DNA of 64,000 nucleotides from Desulfuromonas sp. (lineage in GTDB: Bacteria > Desulfobacterota > Desulfuromonadia > Desulfuromonadales > BM103): positions 3,871 through 67,870 of the forward strand of contig VEPG01000056.1 in NCBI GenBank assembly GCA_012026975.1, in the 5' to 3' direction. The stretch's first letter is position 1. Every line of letters starts with the position of its first letter. Position numbers and translations under genes: made by a program. A model generated the notes under the pieces. It was given only the letters and a program-made list of their open reading frames with translations. It made no database searches and was not told the DNA's origin. This document shows, one piece after another, positions 27,380 to 36,507 of this stretch.

Positions 27380-29014
27380 TTAACAGACATACTGAATTTG
27401 CAGCTTCTCCGCCACGCCGCGGTCGATGGCGGCGAGAGCGTCGGCGCGACCGACGGGGAGCGACGAGTTGCCGATCGGCGCCATCAGCTTCTTCAGCTCC
27501 TGGTCCATGGCCAGGAAGTAGTTGACGATGTTCTGCGCCACCCGCTCGACATCCAGCCGGTGCACCAGCGCCGGCTCCTGGGTGGTGATCCCGACCGGGC
27601 ACATGCCGGTGTTGCAGGCATTGCAACGCCCCATCTCGTTGCCGACGCAGCCGGCCATCTGCAGGATCAGCTTGCCGGTAAAGACGCCGTTGGCGCCGAG
27701 GCAGATCATCTTGAAGGCATCGGCCGCCAGATCGCCGGTCTTGCCCAGCCCCCCGGCCGCCCACAGCGGGATCTGCCCCTGGCGCCCCTGGGCCACGGCC
27801 GCCAGGTAGCAGTCGCGCAGCTTGGAGACGATCGGGTGGCCGGTGTGGTCGAGGGAGACCTCGTGGGCGGCGCCGGTGCCGCCGTCGATGCCGTCGAGGA
27901 AGAAGCCGCCGACGATGTTGTACGGATCGCGCACCAGGTTGTTGAAGACCGACACCGAGGTCGCACTCGCCGCGACCTTGATCGCCACCGGCACGCGGAA
28001 TTTGAAGGCGGCGTTGAAGGAGAGGAACATCTTCTGCACGCTCTCCTCGATGGAGTACAGACCCTGGTGGTTCGGCGGGCTGAGCAGGTCGGCCTTGGGA
28101 ACGCCACGGATCGCCTGGATGTGCTCGGCAACCTTGGCCGCCATCAGCAGGCCGCCGTCGCCCGGCTTGGCCCCCTGGCCGATCTTGATCAGAATTCCGG
28201 CCGGGTCCTCGATCATGTGCGGCATCGCCTTGGCGATGCGGTTCCAGCCGAAGTGCCCGGAGGCGATCTGCAGAATCATGTACTTGAGGTACTTGCTCTT
28301 GAGCAGGCGCACCGGCACCCCGCCCTCCCCCGAGCACATCCGCACCGGCAGGCCGCACTCCTCGTTGAGGTAGGCCGTGGCCATGGCCACGGCCTCCCAC
28401 ATCCGCCAGGAGAGCGCGCCGATCGACATGTCGCCGATGATCACCGGGTAGACCCAGCGCACCGGCGGCGTCTGACGATTCACTTCCAGCAGCCCTTCCG
28501 GAGTCACACCCATTGGCAGCTTCTTTGGCGGCAGGATGCGCCCGAAGGGAGCCAGCAGATCGAAGCTGTGGCGCTGGGCATCCAATGAGGGGTCGGTCAT
28601 CTGCGAAATGCGCGCCACGCGGATCTTGTCGAGGGTGCGCATCACCGCCTCGAGGTTCTTGCGCCCGCCGCGCTTGATCGCCTCGCCGTGCAGGCAGCGG
28701 ATCAGCACCGGGTGACGGGTGTCGATGTTGCGTTCAGGGCGGATCGCCTCGTTGGGACAGACTTTCTCGCAGATGCCGCAGCCGCGGCAGTAGTGCTTAA
28801 TGCTCTTGACCTGGCGGATCACCGGCACGGCCGAGAAGCGCTGCTTCGGCTCGGGGAGCTCGGTCTCCGAGAAGACCATGCGCCGCCGTTCGACCTTGCA
28901 CTCGATGGCCCGGAACGAACAGGCCGCCACGCACGAGCCGCACAGCGTGCAGCGGCTGGCGTCGTAGCGGATCTTCCACGGCATGTCATTGGGGGTAACG
29001 CTCTGGACGTTCAT
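27380..29014 (-). CDS. glutamate synthase FMN-binding (GltB central) domain with N-terminal 2x[4Fe-4S] ferredoxin
   Basis: CTLCGSCVAACSF and CRGCGICEKVCP clusters, followed by a GltS-FMN-type TIM barrel (...GEGG..., IDGGTGAAH). ATG 29014 overlaps the upstream stop (ATGA). The ORF-track extension to 29197 is rejected. Confidence 0.8.
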   Translation of the reverse strand: MNVQSVTPNDMPWKIRYDASRCTLCGSCVAACSFRAIECKVERRRMVFSETELPEPKQRFSAVPVIRQVKSIKHYCRGCGICEKVCPNEAIRPERNIDTRHPVLIRCLHGEAIKRGGRKNLEAVMRTLDKIRVARISQMTDPSLDAQRHSFDLLAPFGRILPPKKLPMGVTPEGLLEVNRQTPPVRWVYPVIIGDMSIGALSWRMWEAVAMATAYLNEECGLPVRMCSGEGGVPVRLLKSKYLKYMILQIASGHFGWNRIAKAMPHMIEDPAGILIKIGQGAKPGDGGLLMAAKVAEHIQAIRGVPKADLLSPPNHQGLYSIEESVQKMFLSFNAAFKFRVPVAIKVAASATSVSVFNNLVRDPYNIVGGFFLDGIDGGTGAAHEVSLDHTGHPIVSKLRDCYLAAVAQGRQGQIPLWAAGGLGKTGDLAADAFKMICLGANGVFTGKLILQMAGCVGNEMGRCNACNTGMCPVGITTQEPALVHRLDVERVAQNIVNYFLAMDQELKKLMAPIGNSSLPVGRADALAAIDRGVAEKLQIQYVC

Positions 29015-30117
29015 TGTTTCCACCGCTGCACCTCCAGTTCGTTGCCGACGGTCACGATCTCGCGTTCGTTCGGGTAGATGTCGCACTCCCAGTCGCGATC
29101 GGGGAGCACCTCGTTGATCCCGCAGACCTCCGAGGAGAAGACCACCGTATCCTCGGTGCGGCCGATCACGATCGGGCGCAGCTTCTTGGCGTCGCAACAG
29201 GTAAAGAGGGTCGAATCGGGAAGGACGCCGATGATGGTGTTCGGCCCGTTGATCTCCAGGTGCGCGAGCGACTGGCGGATTGCCAGGAGCGTTTCGCGAT
29301 CGTCACGCTGCTCCAGCTCCTCGAAGGGGAGCGGGGTAATGACGTGTTTGTAATACGACAGCGGCCAGCCGAGTTCGCGATGGACGTAGTGCAGGGTATA
29401 GAGGAAGCACTGCGAGTCGGACTCGAAACCGATGTAGCCCGGGTGCAGCTTGCGCTGGAACTCGACGTTCTTCAGGTAGAAGGTGTTCTCGCCGTTGGCC
29501 AGCGCCGTGTAGCCCTGCAGGAAGAAGGGGTGGGCGGCGTAGCGGACGATGTCGTAGTTGGTGTTCTGCCGGCACTGGGCGGTGATCACTCTGGCGGTGA
29601 ACTTGCCGTCCGGCTCATGCAGGTTGAAGTAGGTGCCGATATCGCGCGGATCGCCGATCTCCTTCAGCGTCGCCACGTCCGGCCAGAAGGAATAGACAAA
29701 CCCCTGTTCGTCCTTCTCCAGAGCGGCGCGCAGCTTCAGACGCATGTCGAGGAGCAGATTCTCCTTCTCCTGCTGCGTGGCGCTCTTGAAGTACTTCGGG
29801 TAATCGAAGGTCTCGAAGACGTAGTTGGGCATGGCGTTGATATCCAGCCCCGGCTGCGGATTGGTTTCGGGAACCCACTGCAGCACGCGCTGGAAACCGG
29901 CGGCATGCAGCATGTCCTCGGCCAGCTTCAACCCTTCGTCGGTGCAGGCCATCGACAGGGTCGGCAGATGCTTGTGATGGGCAAAGATCCCGCCGAGGTC
30001 GTGCATGACCATGGCGAAACCGGAGTTGTCGTGCCCTTTCTGCTGCGACTGCATGAGCAGCAGGGCCTGGCTGGGGTGCACAAAATTGCGGCTCTTGATG
30101 GCGCCAATCCGGCACAT
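29011..30117 (-). CDS. class II (Ntn) glutamine amidotransferase, glutamate synthase GltB N-terminal-type subunit
   Basis: Begins Met-Cys (MCRIGAIKS), the Ntn nucleophile arrangement. First gene of the three-gene operon. 368 aa. Confidence 0.75.
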   Translation of the reverse strand: MCRIGAIKSRNFVHPSQALLLMQSQQKGHDNSGFAMVMHDLGGIFAHHKHLPTLSMACTDEGLKLAEDMLHAAGFQRVLQWVPETNPQPGLDINAMPNYVFETFDYPKYFKSATQQEKENLLLDMRLKLRAALEKDEQGFVYSFWPDVATLKEIGDPRDIGTYFNLHEPDGKFTARVITAQCRQNTNYDIVRYAAHPFFLQGYTALANGENTFYLKNVEFQRKLHPGYIGFESDSQCFLYTLHYVHRELGWPLSYYKHVITPLPFEELEQRDDRETLLAIRQSLAHLEINGPNTIIGVLPDSTLFTCCDAKKLRPIVIGRTEDTVVFSSEVCGINEVLPDRDWECDIYPNEREIVTVGNELEVQRWKQ

Positions 30118-30188
30118 GTTGATCTCCTTCGTGCAGACTCGTGAGGCGATGGCGGGGGAAGTCCCGACACTGCGCGAAAGAGTTAATC

Positions 30189-30204
30189 AGCAACGACCGT
30201 GCCA
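30189..30204 (-). promoter_or_regulatory. sigma-54 (RpoN) promoter
   Basis: The minus strand reads TGGCACGGTCGTTGCT, a perfect match to TGGCAC-N5-TTGCW, 72-87 nt upstream of ATG 30117. An AT-rich stretch lies further upstream (30210-30400). Confidence 0.8.
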
Positions 30205-30483
30205 GAGATTCTATTAATCACCGAAACGAGTTCGTGCAACAGCTGTAACATATGACAATCAAATATTTTTTTACGAACAACCGACTTGACAACAAGAGAC
30301 TTGGCAAGTTTTGTTGGACTACCCAAGAGAATGGGGTAGGCGAAGATATATACTTTGTCTGTGTAGTCAGTAAACTCAGAACGCATCGATCAGCCAGGAC
30401 TATTCTGACTTTTCTCGCGGACGGCAGCAGAACTCAAGGGCTCCCAGAAATCGAGGGCCGCTCAAAAAACGATCATGCCTGCC

Positions 30484-30524
30484 TAAAAAATCGGCCCCCG
30501 AAACCACTGCTGATTTCGAGGGCC
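30484..30524 (-). terminator. rho-independent terminator after ilvE
   Basis: Arms cggcccccgaaa (30491-30502) and tttcgagggccg (30513-30524) with one mismatch. On the minus strand a TTTTTT run follows (plus-strand A-run 30484-30489). Confidence 0.7.
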
Positions 30525-30546
30525 GAGGACTAGCGTCGGAACGTGG

Positions 30547-31614
30547 CTACAGCGCTTCCACCCACCCGTGCCGGTCGGAAATCCGCCCGTACTGGATGCC
30601 GGTCAGGGTTTCGTAGAGTTTCATGGTGAACGCCCCGGCCTGACGACCGTCGCCGAGGGTGGCGGTGCGATCACGGTAGGTGAATTGTCCCACCGGGGAG
30701 ACCACGGCGGCGGTGCCGGTACCGAAGGCCTCGGTCATCCGACCGCTGGCGATGGCTTCAAAAATTTCATCAACGGAGAGCGCCCGTTCCTCGACCTCGA
30801 CGCCAAGATCGTTGACCAGGGCCAGGATCGAACGGCGGGTGACGCCGTCGAGGATCGTCCCGCGCAGCGGCGAGGTCACCACCTTGCCGTCGATGACGAA
30901 ACACATGTTCATGCTGCCGACTTCTTCCACGTAATTGCGATGCTCGGCGTCGAGCCACAGCACCTGGTCGAAGCCGCGCGATTCCGCCTCCATGGACGCC
31001 TTCAGACTGGCGGCATAGTTCCCTCCGGTCTTGGCCTCGCCGGTGCCGCCCAGCGACGCGCGCACATACTCGTCGGAGATCCAGATCCTGACCGGGCTGA
31101 AGCCGCCCTTGTAGTAGGCGCCGACCGGCGAGAGGATCACGTAACAAAGATAGGTGTCCGACGGATGCACGCCGAGGTAGGGATCGGCGGCGATCATGGT
31201 CGGGCGGATGTAGAGGGCCGTGCCGGGACTGCGCGGCACCCAGTCGGCTTCCAGGCGCACCAGCTGGCGGATGGCGTCGAGGAAGAACCCTTCGTCGACT
31301 TCGGGCATGCACATGCGCGCGGCGCTGCGGTTGAAGCGGCGCACGTTGTCGCCGGCGCGGAACAGGGCGATGCTGCCGTCGTCCCGCCGGAACGCCTTGA
31401 GCCCCTCGAAGATCTCCTGGGCGTAGTGCAGCACGGCACAGGCCGGGTCGAGCGACAGCGGCCCGTAGGGCTGAATGCGCGCCGAGTGCCACCCCTTGCC
31501 GGTGGCGTACTCCATGATGAACATCCGGTCGGTGAACTGCTTGCCGAAACCGAGCTGGCTTTCATCGGCGGGACGGGGCTTGGGGTTGGGCAGAGGGAGA
31601 ATCTTGAGGTCCAT
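30547..31614 (-). CDS. ilvE: branched-chain amino acid aminotransferase (class IV, long form)
   Basis: 355 aa. N-terminal FGKQFTDRMF...W, then EVGSMNMCFVIDGKVVTSPL...ILDGVTRRS, typical of IlvE type II. Confidence 0.85.
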   Translation of the reverse strand: MDLKILPLPNPKPRPADESQLGFGKQFTDRMFIMEYATGKGWHSARIQPYGPLSLDPACAVLHYAQEIFEGLKAFRRDDGSIALFRAGDNVRRFNRSAARMCMPEVDEGFFLDAIRQLVRLEADWVPRSPGTALYIRPTMIAADPYLGVHPSDTYLCYVILSPVGAYYKGGFSPVRIWISDEYVRASLGGTGEAKTGGNYAASLKASMEAESRGFDQVLWLDAEHRNYVEEVGSMNMCFVIDGKVVTSPLRGTILDGVTRRSILALVNDLGVEVEERALSVDEIFEAIASGRMTEAFGTGTAAVVSPVGQFTYRDRTATLGDGRQAGAFTMKLYETLTGIQYGRISDRHGWVEAL

Positions 31615-31713
31615 GGCAGGCGCTCCCGTGGGGAATGATTGCTGGGGATTACACGCTATACGGCGTGCAATTTTTTAACACAGGGAGAGCAAGCGTGCAA
31701 GCCTGAGGGGTGT

Positions 31714-31893
31714 TTACTTCCTGCCGGGAATGTTTTCCGGGGCCCTTTCGATGTGATCGTCGCCGTAGAGCAGGTGGCTGCGATTATACTCTTCTTCCTC
31801 GCGCCGGAATCCCCGCAGAAGTCGCTGGTGGGTTGCCTGGTCTGCCAGTTCGTCGGTGTCGGGAACCGCACCCTTGCGCCCGTGATCTTCCAT
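31714..31893 (-). CDS. small hypothetical protein (59 aa)
   Basis: ATG 31893 is preceded by GGGAGGTG 6 nt upstream. Charged, non-repetitive sequence with no family recognised. Confidence 0.35.
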   Translation of the reverse strand: MEDHGRKGAVPDTDELADQATHQRLLRGFRREEEEYNRSHLLYGDDHIERAPENIPGRK

Positions 31894-32087
31894 GGCAAGC
31901 ACCTCCCGTTAAGAAATGAACGCCTTGTTGCGCACAAGCATATCCCCTTCCCGACAATATTCAAGGTAATTTTTACAATATATAGTAATGGCCGTTCTGA
32001 AAAAGCCCGGGCAGGACTTGAAATCCGGGCGGCTTTACTGATTAACTGAAGCATCCGCTCACTGCACCGGATCGATCGGGAGAGACT

Positions 32088-32384
32088 ATGACGTATCGTG
32101 AGCTACAGAACGCCTTGACGTTATTCGGCCTGGGCGAACGGGCTACTCTCAAGCAGATCAAGACCCGGCATCGGGCGCTGGCCAAATCGCACCATCCCGA
32201 TCGGAACAGCGATGCAGACCCGGACGCAATACGCCAGCTGAACGCTGCCTATCGCGTTCTGCTGGCGTATTGCGAAAACTATCGCTTCTGCTTCAGCGAA
32301 GCGGAGTTTCTCGAACAGACCCCGGGAGAACGGCTGCGCCGGCAGTTTGGCTGGGATCCGGTCTGGGGCGGCAACCCGGAGTAG
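32088..32384 (+). CDS. J-domain (DnaJ-like) protein
   Basis: LKQIKTRHRALAKSHHPDRN carries the HPD tripeptide, followed by AYRVLL. 98 aa, no zinc-finger or C-terminal DnaJ domains. Confidence 0.75.
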   Translation: MTYRELQNALTLFGLGERATLKQIKTRHRALAKSHHPDRNSDADPDAIRQLNAAYRVLLAYCENYRFCFSEAEFLEQTPGERLRRQFGWDPVWGGNPE

Positions 32385-32418
32385 CTTGCCGGCATCGCAA
32401 TCCGGGCAGATCACCCGG

Positions 32419-33549
32419 TCAGAACTCCACCGCCAGTTGAGCCGTTAAGGCGTGCGCCGGGTCCTCCCCCTCGACCCGGGTATTGAGATATTCGACCGCC
32501 AGCAGCGCGTAGTCGCACAGGCCGCAGGAGACGGTGGCGCCGTAGCGGCGGACGTCGGCCTGGTAATCGTCGGCTTTTTCATAACGGCCGGCCAACAGCA
32601 CCTTTTCTGTCGCCTGCCAGGAAAGTTCCAGATTCCATGCTTGCGGGCGGGCACCGGTCAGGTCGCCGCCGGCCTCGACCTGATCCGCCGCGAAGCGCTC
32701 CACCGCGGCCAGATATTCGGCCGTCATCCCCAGCCTGCCATGCCGTATCGCCACGAAAGCGCTCCACCCCGGCACCTCATCACGATAGAACGTTTCATCA
32801 GCCACCAGTTCCGCACCGCTTTCGGCCAGATCGCTGATCCACGAGGCCCCCAGGGTCACCTCCTCGCACGGCGTCACTTCCATAGCCGCCACCCAGCTGT
32901 CGAAACCCTCGCTGCCGTTGTCGGTTGACCCCTTGAAGGCACCGATCGTGGCGCTCCAGCGTTGGCCCGGCAGGGCCAGGACGACAGCGGAGGTATGCGT
33001 CTCACCGAGTTCCAGGGTGAGCGGATCACTGATCATGGCGCTCTCGAACTTGCCGAAGGGCAAATACTGGCGACCAAGATGCAGGGTCGGGGCCAGATCG
33101 AGTACCGGCCAGGGGGAGGTCAGGGAAAACACCGCCTCGTCGACAACCATTGGCTCGGCAGCCTCATCCTCCCACAGGCCGATGACGTGCCCGCCCAGCC
33201 AGGGGGTCAGCTCTGTCTCCAGGCCGACCTGCAATGTGCTCAAGCGCAGATCGTCATCGTCATCCCCCCCTTCGGGATGGAGCAACGCGGCTTCGGCCTC
33301 GATAAGGCCATGCAGGGTAAAGCTGGCTTTGCCGACTTTCCAGGTGAGTGGCGAGACAGATTCTTCCGTTACGGCCTCACGGCGTTCCTGCAGGTTTTCG
33401 ATGCCGGCCCGGGTATCGGCATGGGCAACCAGGATCGGAAGGTCGTCTGCCTGACCTCCCGTTTTGGGGGCCGGGTAATCGGCCAGGACAGGGGTGGCGG
33501 CAATGAGCGCCAGAAAGGCCAAGGGCACGGCTTTCAGGTTGCAGAACAT
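32419..33549 (-). CDS. outer-membrane beta-barrel porin, last gene of the feo cluster
   Basis: Signal peptide MFCNLKAVPLAFLALIAATPVLA, alternating amphipathic strands, and C-terminal LTAQLAVEF with terminal Phe. Confidence 0.65.
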   Translation of the reverse strand: MFCNLKAVPLAFLALIAATPVLADYPAPKTGGQADDLPILVAHADTRAGIENLQERREAVTEESVSPLTWKVGKASFTLHGLIEAEAALLHPEGGDDDDDLRLSTLQVGLETELTPWLGGHVIGLWEDEAAEPMVVDEAVFSLTSPWPVLDLAPTLHLGRQYLPFGKFESAMISDPLTLELGETHTSAVVLALPGQRWSATIGAFKGSTDNGSEGFDSWVAAMEVTPCEEVTLGASWISDLAESGAELVADETFYRDEVPGWSAFVAIRHGRLGMTAEYLAAVERFAADQVEAGGDLTGARPQAWNLELSWQATEKVLLAGRYEKADDYQADVRRYGATVSCGLCDYALLAVEYLNTRVEGEDPAHALTAQLAVEF

Positions 33550-33570
33550 ATGGGCGAAGACTCCATGTTT

Positions 33571-33584
33571 ACGATTTTGAAATC
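33571..33584. promoter_or_regulatory. near-palindromic motif ACGATTTTGAAATC upstream of the porin gene
   Basis: 13 of 14 nt identical to 36508-36521 upstream of feoA. The core GATTTTGAAATC is 10/12 self-complementary. Lies 22-35 nt upstream of ATG 33549. Confidence 0.5.
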
Positions 33585-33616
33585 CAATATCAACAATTAA
33601 GCAAAACTATCTGCCG

Positions 33617-33739
33617 TTATTGGCAGCTGCCGTCGTCGCAGCCGGGGCAGTGCCCCTTCTTCTTGATCACCGAGCGGTAGAAGAGGTAGACGGCGGCGCC
33701 GAGGATCAGCCCCATCCAGAACAGGTCGGCGAGCCCCAT
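33617..33739 (-). CDS. FeoB-associated Cys-rich membrane micro-protein (40 aa; below the ORF-track cut-off)
   Basis: Hand translation gives MGLADLFWMGLILGAAVYLFYRSVIKKKGHCPGCDDGSCQ*. One TM plus a C-terminal CPGCxxxxC. The ATG lies 1 nt after the feoB stop, with GGGAGGA upstream. Confidence 0.65.
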   Translation of the reverse strand: MGLADLFWMGLILGAAVYLFYRSVIKKKGHCPGCDDGSCQ

Positions 33740-33740
33740 G

Positions 33741-35975
33741 TCATCCTCCCAGGCCGAGCAGGCGGCCGCCCTGGTAGATGATCAGGGCCACCCCCCAGGC
33801 GAGCACCGACTGGTAGGCAAAGGCCACGCCGAACCACTTCCATGAGCCGAATTCCTGGCGCATGGCGATGGCCACCACCACGCACGGCATGTACAGCAGG
33901 ACAAAGGCCATCATGGCGTAGGCGGACAGCGGGGTGAAGGCCCCGCGCACCGCACTCTTCAGCGGCGAGTCGCCCTCTTCGTCCTCGGCCGCCAGACTGG
34001 AGACGCCGAAGGTACCGACGAGGTTGGCCCCGGCGTCCTTGAGCGCCCCGCCGAAGGAGACGACCATTTCCTTGAGATCCTCGCCCAGCGTCGGGACCGC
34101 TTCGGCTGCCGCGGTGGCGTCAGCTTCCGCCAAGGCTTCCGGCGCATAGATCTCGCCCATGGTCCCGACCACGATCTCCTTGGCGATGATACCGGTGATC
34201 AGCGAGGAGGCCGCTTCCCAGGTGCCGAAGCCCATCGGTTCGAAGACCGGGGCGATGACGGCGCCGGCCTGGCCCAGATAGGAGTCGCGCTTGCTCTCGA
34301 CCCCCCAGGGGAGGTTGAGGAGGAACCAGACGAACACCGAGACCGCCAGGATGTAGGTGCCGGCCTTGATCAGGAAGTGCTTCCCCTTCTCCCAGGTGTG
34401 CAGGCACAGGCTGCGCAACGACGGCATCCGGTAGGGGGGGAGTTCCATGATGAACATCGGCGTCGCGCCGCGGAACAGGGTGCGCTTGAAGATCATCCCC
34501 ATGACGATGGCCAGGGCGATCCCCAGCACATACAGCGACCAGATCACCGTGCCGGCGGCAGCGCCGAAGAAGCCCCCGGCGAAGAGCACGTAGACCGGCA
34601 GGCGCGCCCCGCACGACATCAGCGGGATGAGCAGGGCGGTCAGCGCCTTGTCGCGCGGATTTTCCAGGGTGCGGGTGGCGTAGATGCCGGGAACGTTACA
34701 GCCGAAGCCGAGCAGCATCGGGATGAACGACTTGCCGTGCAGGCCGATGGCATGCATCGCCCGGTCCATGACGAAGGCGGCCCGCGCCATGTAGCCGCTC
34801 CCCTCCAGGAAGGTGATGAAAAACATCATGGCGAAGATCACCGGGACGAAGACCAGCACGAAGCCGACCCCGGCGATCACCCCGTCCAGCGCCAGCGACA
34901 CCGTCCAGTCCGGAGCGCTGAGCGCTCCGAGGCCGGCCTCGACCCAGCGGCGGAAGGGGCCGGCGATCATACCGTCGAGCCAGTCGCCGAAGGGGGCGGA
35001 GAGGTCGAAGGTCAGCTTGAACATCAGCCACATGGCGGCTAAAAAAATCGGGATGCCGAGGAAGCGGTTGAGGACAATGCGGTCGATCTTCTCGGTCAAC
35101 TCCTCCTTGCGGATTTCCGGGCGTCGCAGCACTTCGCGGGTCAGGCCGTTGGCCAGGCCGTAGCGGGCATCGGCCATCAGCGCCTCGATATCCTCGCCGT
35201 GGGCCCGGCGCAGGTGATGAAGCGCATCGCCGACCACCTCATCGACGTTGACGTTAACCTCCCTGGCGACCTCCGCATCGCCTTCCATCAGCTTGCAGGC
35301 CAGCCAGCGCAGCGGATAGCGGCTGGCCAGCCGCGGGTGGCGCTCGTCGAGGGACCGGCCAATCCAGGTGATGGCATTGTCGATGTCTTCGCCGTAGGCA
35401 AGCTGGCGCGGCCGGTGGCTGTCCAGGGTATCGGCAGTCGCCAGCACGGCAGCCAGCAGCTCCTGCAACCCACGATTTTTGACGGCGGCGGTGGGGATGA
35501 CGGTGATGCCGAGCATCTTCCCGATGCCGGCCGCATCGATCCGGTACCCTTTGGCCTCGGCCTCGTCGAAGATGTTCAGGGCCATGACCGTCGGGATCCC
35601 CAGCTCCAGAATCTGCACCGTCAGGTAGAGATTGCGCTCCAGATTGGTCGCATCGACGACGTTGACCACCAGATCGGGTTTGGCGTGCAGCAGGTAGTCG
35701 CGGGCGATGATCTCCTCCTGGGTGTAGGGGGAGAGGGAGTAGGTGCCCGGCAGGTCGATCAGGCGGATGGTGCGGCCGTTGAAGTCGAACTGGGCCTCCT
35801 TCTTCTCGACCGTCACCCCCGGCCAGTTGCCGACGTGCAGGCGACTGCCGGCGATGGCGTTGATCAGCGTCGATTTGCCGGCGTTGGGGTTGCCGGCCAC
35901 CGCCACGGTAATCGTCCGTTTGGCCACCGGCTGCACCTGTTCCGGCCGGTTCAGATCATGGGCCAGATTGCTCAT
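33741..35975 (-). CDS. feoB: ferrous iron transporter FeoB
   Basis: N-terminal G-domain GNPNAGKSTLINAIAG and DLPGTYSL, followed by a polytopic membrane domain. 744 aa. Confidence 0.9.
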   Translation of the reverse strand: MSNLAHDLNRPEQVQPVAKRTITVAVAGNPNAGKSTLINAIAGSRLHVGNWPGVTVEKKEAQFDFNGRTIRLIDLPGTYSLSPYTQEEIIARDYLLHAKPDLVVNVVDATNLERNLYLTVQILELGIPTVMALNIFDEAEAKGYRIDAAGIGKMLGITVIPTAAVKNRGLQELLAAVLATADTLDSHRPRQLAYGEDIDNAITWIGRSLDERHPRLASRYPLRWLACKLMEGDAEVAREVNVNVDEVVGDALHHLRRAHGEDIEALMADARYGLANGLTREVLRRPEIRKEELTEKIDRIVLNRFLGIPIFLAAMWLMFKLTFDLSAPFGDWLDGMIAGPFRRWVEAGLGALSAPDWTVSLALDGVIAGVGFVLVFVPVIFAMMFFITFLEGSGYMARAAFVMDRAMHAIGLHGKSFIPMLLGFGCNVPGIYATRTLENPRDKALTALLIPLMSCGARLPVYVLFAGGFFGAAAGTVIWSLYVLGIALAIVMGMIFKRTLFRGATPMFIMELPPYRMPSLRSLCLHTWEKGKHFLIKAGTYILAVSVFVWFLLNLPWGVESKRDSYLGQAGAVIAPVFEPMGFGTWEAASSLITGIIAKEIVVGTMGEIYAPEALAEADATAAAEAVPTLGEDLKEMVVSFGGALKDAGANLVGTFGVSSLAAEDEEGDSPLKSAVRGAFTPLSAYAMMAFVLLYMPCVVVAIAMRQEFGSWKWFGVAFAYQSVLAWGVALIIYQGGRLLGLGG

Positions 35976-36199
35976 GGCAGCACCTCCACGGCGATTCCCT
36001 CGGCTTCCTGCTTGCGCAGGGAGAGTTGATAGCTCTTCACAGTCACCTCGATCGGGTCACCCAGAGGGGCGACCTTGGCCACCTTCACCGTTTCCCCGAC
36101 CAGCACCCCCATGTCCATCAGCCGGCGTTTGAGCGGACCGATGGCGCCGATGGCGGTAATTTTGCCGCTTTCGCCGGGCTTGAGTTTCGCAAGGTTCAT
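35972..36199 (-). CDS. feoA: FeoA
   Basis: MNLAKLKPGESGKITAI...RRLMDMGVLVGETVKV is an SH3-like FeoA. ATG 36199. 4-nt overlaps with both neighbours. The ORF-track extension to 36382 is rejected. Confidence 0.85.
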   Translation of the reverse strand: MNLAKLKPGESGKITAIGAIGPLKRRLMDMGVLVGETVKVAKVAPLGDPIEVTVKSYQLSLRKQEAEGIAVEVLP

Positions 36200-36465
36200 T
36201 GTGCCCTCCTGACCATGATCTTCATGGCCATGCCGCGGCTGATGGCGATGCGCGACTCGTCGATCCGCAGCAGCAGCGGACCGGCACCGCGGCTCAGCAT
36301 CTCCACCACTTTGCCGGCCCGGAAGCCCATCTCCTCGATGCGGTTCTCGCCCTTGTGGCGCTCGCCGTCGCACTGACCGCAACAGGCTTTCTTTTCCTCG
36401 ACATTGACATTGACGTGAACAATTTCGGCGTATTCACCCGGACTCAGGAGAGCAAGCGGCATCAT
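36196..36465 (-). CDS. feoA: FeoA-family protein with Cys-rich insertion
   Basis: MMPLALLSPGEYAEIVHV...RIEEMGFRAGKVVEM is a FeoA fold interrupted by EEKKACCGQCDGERHKGE. AAGGAG lies 8 nt upstream of ATG 36465. Confidence 0.7.
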   Translation of the reverse strand: MMPLALLSPGEYAEIVHVNVNVEEKKACCGQCDGERHKGENRIEEMGFRAGKVVEMLSRGAGPLLLRIDESRIAISRGMAMKIMVRRAQ

Positions 36466-36507
36466 GGGAACAACTCCTTTTGCGTGATTCATCGTGCAGA
36501 CCTTTTA

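Noticed and set aside
30210-30400. AT-rich 200-bp block considered as a remnant of a mobile element
   Set aside because: It contains no inverted repeats, ORFs or direct-repeat borders. Its position just upstream of a perfect sigma-54 promoter fits an enhancer/IHF-bending region.
31639-32054. Overlapping 132-136-aa ORFs on both strands in the ilvE / J-domain intergenic region
   Set aside because: They have no RBS and odd Cys/Arg-rich composition. The region is AT-richer promoter DNA. Only the 59-codon ORF with a GGGAGGTG RBS (31714-31893) was retained, at low confidence.
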